Shown here piece after piece: positions 58,948-64,000 of a stretch of DNA of 64,000 nt (positions within the stretch are counted from its first letter, which is position 1; each line of letters opens with the position of its first letter). A model generated the notes under the pieces. The model saw only the letters and a list, made by a program, of their open reading frames with translations. It was not told the DNA's origin and ran no database searches. Location of the stretch: the NCBI GenBank assembly GCA_024103195.1, contig JAGFIW010000081.1, forward strand, positions 8,572-72,571, written 5' to 3'. The DNA is from Saprospiraceae bacterium (GTDB lineage Bacteria; Bacteroidota; Bacteroidia; Chitinophagales; Saprospiraceae). Both the position numbers and the translations under genes were made by a program.

Positions 58948-60585
58948 ATGCCGGTCATGCGATGGAAACTCATAGTGTTGATTCAACTCACGGTAATTGC
59001 AGTGAGTGCGCAGGAACCGGCATCATTCCTGGAAGGGTCAGTATCCTTTTTAACGGCTCAAAATGTTTATGTCAAATTTGACAACACGAGTGCCATTGAG
59101 ATAGGGGACACGCTTTATCTGAAACGCCCGGATTCATGGGAGCCCCTCCTGACGGTTTCCCAAAAATCCTCGATTTCCTGCGTGTGTATTCCGTTGGGGC
59201 CCATGCCCGTGAAAGGGACTTTGGTGTTTGCCATCACCTGGAAGGATGCCCAATCGGAGAAAGTCGTGCCATTGCCGGAACAGCAGCCTGTTGCCCCCCC
59301 ACTTCCTCCTGATGCTCCACTACAAATACCTGAAGATTCAGAAGAGGCTCCTCCTTCAGACAATTCAGAAAAGACAGCGACGAGACAACGAATTATGGGA
59401 AGATTCTCTGCGGCTTCTTACAGTACATTGACGAAGGGATCGAACCAGCATAGAATGCGTTATTCTCTGAACTGGAAAGGGGAAAATCTTGGCGGAAGCC
59501 CTTTTTCTGTGGAGGGCTATCTGACATTTCGCCACACGGCAGGTGAGTGGGAGGAGGTTCGCGAAAATCTGTTTGATGTATTCAAAATCATTTCGCTGGC
59601 GGTCCGATATGATCCGACAGTGCGGACATCCATTTCTGTGGGTCGCCGGATAAATGCCCGTATTTCAAGTATGGGTGCCATAGACGGTATTCAGGTTGAG
59701 CATGGATGGGGGAAGGTGCGCATTGGTGTCATGGCGGGTTCCCGGCCTGATTTTATGGATTATAGCATCAATCCGGCGTTGCTGCAAGGCGGAGCCTGGA
59801 TCGGATTCGACCTGGGATCCTCCTGGGCGAGATTTCAAAATACTGCTGCCATTGTAGAACAACGAAATGGTCCGCGGACCGATCGGCGGTTCCTGTATTT
59901 CCAACACTCGGGCACCTGGTTTACCCATCTTCATCTCTTCTTGTCTTCCGAAGTGGATTTATACAGGAAAGTGGGTCAGGAAGTCGGTTCCACTTTGTCA
60001 TTTACCAATTTGTTTGCCTCCCTGCGTTATCGGTTCTCCAGACAGTTGAGTGCGTCTGTTTCCTATGACAATCGGAAGAATGTCATTTTCTTTGAATCCT
60101 ACAAGAATTTTATTGACCAGTTGATTGAACAGGAATCAAGACAAGGCCTCAGATTTCAGATGCAATACAAGCCATGGCGACTTGTTTCGATAGGTGCCAA
60201 TGCGAGTTGGAGGTTTCAAGCCAGTGGGGCCAATCCTTCCCGCAATTTGAATGGTTATGTGACCGTGGCCCGGATTCCCTGGATTTCCGGCAGCATGACC
60301 GTTTCCGGCAATATGCTCAACACCGGTTATTTGCAGAGCAACATGTACAGTGTACGTTACATGAGGGAAATCGTACGTGGCCATGTAAGTGCAGATGCCT
60401 ATTACCGGTGGATCGATTACACCTATCCTTCGGATTTCCGACTCCATAATGATCTGGCCGGTATCAATGTCACCTGCAGGCTGACTCGCTTGCTGGCAAT
60501 TCATTTGTATTACGAAGCCACCTTCGGAAGTGAAAATACGAACATTTCACGTTTGAATGCCAAAATTACGCATCGGCTCCAGTGA
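58948..60585 (+). CDS. predicted outer-membrane beta-barrel protein (candidate porin partner of the cytochromes)
   Basis: Signal peptide MRWKLIVLIQLTVIAVSAQ. Roughly 90-aa N-terminal domain, then Pro-rich linker PLPEQQPVAPPLPPDAPLQIPEDSEEAPP. About 20 short amphipathic alternating segments follow (RMRYSLNWK, FSVEGYLTFRH, LSASVSYDNR, GLRFQMQYKP, VSIGANASWRFQ, LAIHLYYEATFG...). TTG 58945 directly follows the upstream stop; the ATG is at 58948. Confidence 0.6.
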   Translation: MPVMRWKLIVLIQLTVIAVSAQEPASFLEGSVSFLTAQNVYVKFDNTSAIEIGDTLYLKRPDSWEPLLTVSQKSSISCVCIPLGPMPVKGTLVFAITWKDAQSEKVVPLPEQQPVAPPLPPDAPLQIPEDSEEAPPSDNSEKTATRQRIMGRFSAASYSTLTKGSNQHRMRYSLNWKGENLGGSPFSVEGYLTFRHTAGEWEEVRENLFDVFKIISLAVRYDPTVRTSISVGRRINARISSMGAIDGIQVEHGWGKVRIGVMAGSRPDFMDYSINPALLQGGAWIGFDLGSSWARFQNTAAIVEQRNGPRTDRRFLYFQHSGTWFTHLHLFLSSEVDLYRKVGQEVGSTLSFTNLFASLRYRFSRQLSASVSYDNRKNVIFFESYKNFIDQLIEQESRQGLRFQMQYKPWRLVSIGANASWRFQASGANPSRNLNGYVTVARIPWISGSMTVSGNMLNTGYLQSNMYSVRYMREIVRGHVSADAYYRWIDYTYPSDFRLHNDLAGINVTCRLTRLLAIHLYYEATFGSENTNISRLNAKITHRLQ

Positions 60586-60647
60586 TTATGGCAGGCGATG
60601 TGTCCGTTTACTTATTGAGTCTTTCTACCTTTACCTGAAAATCCAGA

Positions 60648-61385
60648 ATGATGAAATCGCATTTGTTTGTGTTGGGCATTGTTGGCATACTATTGCTCCA
60701 AGGATATGGCTGTGACTCCGGACCTAAAGTGATTGAAAGTGACTCTGAACAGGCTGGAGAGCCTCAAATACGGATGGAGCAAGAAGACCCTATTCGGGAA
60801 GTAATGGTCGAAGAGGTGCTTCATACCGACAAGTATTCCTATCTGAATGTCAAGGAAGGGGACAAGGAGACCTATTGGATTGCGATTCCCAGAAGTGAAG
60901 TTGAAGTGGGTGATGCCCTGAGATACAAGGGAGGATTGATGAAGCAAAATTTTTACAGCCGTGAATATGACCGGACATTTGAAACGTTGTACCTGGTTTC
61001 CGACATCAGAAGAGCCAGCGCTTCGCCAGGTGAGCTTCAGGCAGGAAATAATCCGGAAGATGTCATCAAAGTCGAACCCGGTTCCATTCAGCCTGCAGAA
61101 GGGGCTATCCGCATAGCTGATTTACTGGCTGCACCTTCCAGGTATGCGAATAAAACGGTAAGGGTTACGGGAAAGGTGGTCAAAGTCAATCCCATGATAA
61201 TGAGTCGCAATTGGGTCCATTTGCAGGACGGCAGTGGAAAAGATCTGGATTTGACATTCACGACCACTGATCTTGTGACATTGGGATCAGTGGTGACACT
61301 GGAAGGCAAGGTGGCCCTTGATAAAGACTTCGGAGCCGGTTACAGGTATGATGTCATCGTTGAAGACTGTCGCCTGATTCCCTGA
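60648..61385 (+). CDS. hypothetical lipoprotein with OB-fold-like C-terminal half
   Basis: MMKSHLFVLGIVGILLLQGYGC lipobox. C-terminal KTVRVTGKVVKVNPMIMSRNWVHLQDGSG...VTLEGKV resembles periplasmic BOF/YgiW-type OB folds (weak, by eye). Confidence 0.5.
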   Translation: MMKSHLFVLGIVGILLLQGYGCDSGPKVIESDSEQAGEPQIRMEQEDPIREVMVEEVLHTDKYSYLNVKEGDKETYWIAIPRSEVEVGDALRYKGGLMKQNFYSREYDRTFETLYLVSDIRRASASPGELQAGNNPEDVIKVEPGSIQPAEGAIRIADLLAAPSRYANKTVRVTGKVVKVNPMIMSRNWVHLQDGSGKDLDLTFTTTDLVTLGSVVTLEGKVALDKDFGAGYRYDVIVEDCRLIP

Positions 61386-61600
61386 TTCCAAATTATGCAG
61401 CGTCCCCATTGTTCCATTCCTGAGCGATTGCTGCGCAAGCCGTTCAATTCAGGCTCTGTCTGTATGCCTTCCCGACCAGATAGACGAGCGTGACGATGTG
61501 CACCCATGTTTTCCTGGTAGAAATGCATGCCCACTCAAATTGTGGGAAAGGTTAAAGCGACTTTCCAAACCCCGTATTGAAGCGGGTTAAGAAATCCTCG

Positions 61601-61638
61601 GGATTCGGATACTGATGTAAGCACCTTCGTCCGAATCC
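61601..61638. terminator. 9-bp inverted repeat in the convergent gap between the lipoprotein gene and ccsBA
   Basis: GGATTCGGA (61601-61609) and TCCGAATCC (61630-61638) with a 20-nt loop and no T run. Confidence 0.25.
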
Positions 61639-61680
61639 ATAGATAAATCCTGGATATTTCGTGTCCGAAGTGTGTTTAAG

Positions 61681-64000
61681 TCACGCCAATTTTTCATTTT
61701 TTCTGTGTTTCCACCATGCGAGCAAGCTGATGACAACCAGAGAAAATACGGTATAATAAGCAAAATCGGGAATCGGTACAGGATCACCTGCGGCATAGGA
61801 ATGGAGTCCGGACAGATAATAGTTGACGCCGAAATAGGTCATGACAACGGAAGCCCACCCGAAAAGTGACGCGACGTTGAAGGCGTACAAACCGCGGAAA
61901 CGGGGGATAAACCGCATGTGCAAAATGAAACTGTATACGAGAATGGTGACAAGCGCCCAGGTTTCTTTGGCATCCCAACCCCAATAACGTCCCCATGGTT
62001 CATTGGCCCATATACCTCCGAGATAAGTACCGGTACTTATCATGAACAACCCTCCGATCAGAGTCATTTCACTGATGTAGGACATTTCCTTCACCATACG
62101 ATAAATGCGTTGACGGTTGGAAGGACCGGCAAGAGCCATGAGTACGAGATTGATGACCCCAATAATGGCCCCCAGCATGAGGAAGCCATAACTGCCAGCT
62201 TCCAGCGAAACATGTATCGTCAGCCAATATGATTTCAATACGGGAACCAGTGGGGTGATTTCCGGATCCAGCCAGCTCAGACCGGCCACCATCATGATGG
62301 TAGCTGCCAGCGCAGAGGTTGCCGTCAAGGCGCCGGCTGCACGTCGTGAAAACAGTAATCCGGCCAATACCGTGGTCCATCCGATATAAATCATGGACTC
62401 ATAACCATTGCTCCAGGGTGCTCTTTGACTTACGTACCAACGAATGGCCAATCCAAAGGTGTGCAAGGTAAAAGCCAGTAAAAGAATTCCCCATGTAATT
62501 TTTATTATTTTTTCGAGAGGTTTGTCTGGTTGGAAGACCGACAAAAAGAGCAAGATCAGGAAAGCAAGCGTCAAAAGGCCGTATATGGTGCGAAGGCGGT
62601 TGAAAATGTCCAGTCGGTTGAGGAGCAATTCTGCAGAAATCCGGCTTGTAGCAGGATAAATGGATGATCCGTATTCCCGTTGGTAATTCCCGAGATCTTG
62701 CAGGAGGCGATCCGGCTTTTCCCATTGATCATTTTTGCGGGACGTACGCAAAGCGTCAAGGTAGGCCGGATAGAATTGATCAATGAATGGCACTCCGGAG
62801 GCGCCATGACGGGTTGCATCGGCGGGAGAACGCCAGTGATTGGTGGTATCACCCGGAACGGGAAAAATACGAAACAAATTTCCCGAAAAAACCATGCTGC
62901 AAATGTTCACTTTTTCATCCACCTTGATCAATTCCTTGTCCAGGACGCCGCGGTCACGAGATTCCTTGTTGTAAGCCGTTCGGACGGCATCGGACAGTTT
63001 GTACGCGCCGTCGGTGTGAAAAAAGTCGGCATAGGAGGCATTGGGTGCATCCACGCCCAGCATTTTACGGATCTCCGGGTGCTTCCCCAAGCGGATCAAC
63101 GGGGCATGGTACCATTCTGATGGCTGAAGGGCCATTCCGAGAATCACTTGTTCGGCCGACAGATTTTCATAGGTTTCTTTGCGCGACAATTTGCGCATGA
63201 CCTCCCTCGAAAGGGTATTGATCGGCTTGAGTCTTCCATTAAAGTCCTGTACGACATTTTTTCCGAAGTTATCCGCGTGTCTCCTGGACACAGGAACGGG
63301 TTCTCCTTGTTGGGCGGCCAGGAAACCGTTAAACGCGCACGCCAATACAAGGGTGGCCACACCGGCTTTTGAACCCGAGCGAATTCTTTTCAGGAGGACC
63401 GCCAATTGCCGGAACCGACTGGATGGCGTAAAGAGGGTTATGATCATGCCCAATGTGAGAAGAAAATATCCGATATATGACAACCATGTACCCGGTGCGT
63501 CATGATTGACGCTGAGATAAGTGCCCCCTTCATCCTGGTCATAAGATGATTGAAAGAATCGGTAACCTTCATAATCCAGGATATGGTTCATATAAATCCG
63601 CTGTTCACGCTCCAATCCCGTACGGGGATCCTTTAGGGTGACTTCACTGGCATAGGAGGAAGGATTCTGTGTACCCGGATAGCGTTCAAGAATGAAATCA
63701 CGCAAGTACAGCGAAAAAGGAAGGAATCGTTTTTTAGCGCCATAGGAGGCCTGGACGCGCACACCCGGCAATTCGAATGTGCGTGGCCGACCTTCTACGC
63801 CGGGTGCTCCATAGATATAGTGCTTTACCGTACGACCTCCAGAGGATATGGCCAATTCAACGCCTCCCACGCTTGTACTGGTCATCTTGCGATCTGCCGA
63901 TTCCATTTCTACGCGACCTTTTTCCATGAAGTCGGCAAAGACAAAACTGGCTGCGTTGTTTTGATACAGACTGCGTAGGGCCAAAGGATGGTCCATATCC
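61681..64000 (-). CDS. ccsA: system II cytochrome c biogenesis protein, fused ResB/CcsB-CcsA (CcsBA), 5'-partial
   Basis: C-terminal CcsA WWD motif WANEPWGRYWGWDAKETWALV with flanking conserved His (TLHTFGLAIRW, FILHMRF). ResB-like N-terminal part. The frame stays open to the window edge, so Met 63996 is probably internal. Confidence 0.85.
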   Translation of the reverse strand, partial: DMDHPLALRSLYQNNAASFVFADFMEKGRVEMESADRKMTSTSVGGVELAISSGGRTVKHYIYGAPGVEGRPRTFELPGVRVQASYGAKKRFLPFSLYLRDFILERYPGTQNPSSYASEVTLKDPRTGLEREQRIYMNHILDYEGYRFFQSSYDQDEGGTYLSVNHDAPGTWLSYIGYFLLTLGMIITLFTPSSRFRQLAVLLKRIRSGSKAGVATLVLACAFNGFLAAQQGEPVPVSRRHADNFGKNVVQDFNGRLKPINTLSREVMRKLSRKETYENLSAEQVILGMALQPSEWYHAPLIRLGKHPEIRKMLGVDAPNASYADFFHTDGAYKLSDAVRTAYNKESRDRGVLDKELIKVDEKVNICSMVFSGNLFRIFPVPGDTTNHWRSPADATRHGASGVPFIDQFYPAYLDALRTSRKNDQWEKPDRLLQDLGNYQREYGSSIYPATSRISAELLLNRLDIFNRLRTIYGLLTLAFLILLFLSVFQPDKPLEKIIKITWGILLLAFTLHTFGLAIRWYVSQRAPWSNGYESMIYIGWTTVLAGLLFSRRAAGALTATSALAATIMMVAGLSWLDPEITPLVPVLKSYWLTIHVSLEAGSYGFLMLGAIIGVINLVLMALAGPSNRQRIYRMVKEMSYISEMTLIGGLFMISTGTYLGGIWANEPWGRYWGWDAKETWALVTILVYSFILHMRFIPRFRGLYAFNVASLFGWASVVMTYFGVNYYLSGLHSYAAGDPVPIPDFAYYTVFSLVVISLLAWWKHRKNEKLA

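Noticed and set aside
54931-58986. Minus-strand ORFs (54931-55758, 56206-57102, 57598-58188, 58192-58986) opposite the 61-haem gene
   Set aside because: They are repetitive because they mirror the coding repeats. They have no CXXCH motifs or other motifs. The plus frame is uninterrupted for 4.6 kb with perfect module periodicity.
61587-61796. 69-aa minus-strand ORF and other short ORFs in the 61386-61680 convergent gap
   Set aside because: It overlaps the ccsBA 3' end, has no motif and has no promoter box. The gap more likely holds only terminator-like hairpins.
47700-64000. Horizontal acquisition of the island (AT-richer look, accessory neighbours)
   Set aside because: Spot counts of single 60-nt lines gave 45-62% GC inside the island and 42-62% outside, so there is no defensible difference by eye. 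There is no integrase, tRNA or direct-repeat boundary in the window. A computed GC and codon-usage profile is needed.

Overview
This 64-kb window looks like Bacteroidota chromosome. The evidence is type-A and type-B T9SS C-terminal sorting domains, a SprB repeat, a fused CcsBA, recurring TAnnTTTG promoter boxes and no obvious Shine-Dalgarno sequences. I call 46 protein-coding genes. I found no rRNA, tRNA, CRISPR array, transposase or integrase. The ORF track shows TTG/GTG starts as M, so I re-set several starts to internal ATGs supported by signal peptides, conserved N-termini or promoter boxes. Layout: (a) 1-28.6 kb and 36.5-44.5 kb are housekeeping genes: rnr, guaB, ileS, lgt, nadD, dnaN, mreBCD-mrdA, rsgA, secA, deoC, plsC, rplY and prs. 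This stretch also holds a TonB-dependent receptor, a dual cyclophilin-FKBP isomerase and a DUF1800/DUF1501 pair. (b) 28.6-36.5 kb is a three-gene minus-strand adhesin operon, including a 1735-aa repeat protein. (c) 44.5-48.2 kb is a patch of small uncharacterised lipoproteins and membrane proteins. (d) 48.4-64 kb is the stand-out region, a multihaem-cytochrome island. It encodes a 7-haem TPR protein, a membrane protein with two H-x13-H helices (dihaem-b-like) and a membrane-anchored 2x[4Fe-4S]/FAD/NAD(P)H-type flavoprotein. These are followed by a 23-haem cytochrome, a 61-haem modular cytochrome, a predicted roughly 20-strand outer-membrane barrel, a lipoprotein and a convergent CcsBA haem-lyase gene. 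By manual count the island has 91 CXXCH motifs. I read it as a candidate trans-envelope electron conduit fed from a cytoplasmic pyridine-nucleotide-type enzyme rather than a quinol dehydrogenase. I cannot assign it to a described system. All family calls come from motif recognition by eye. No database search was run.
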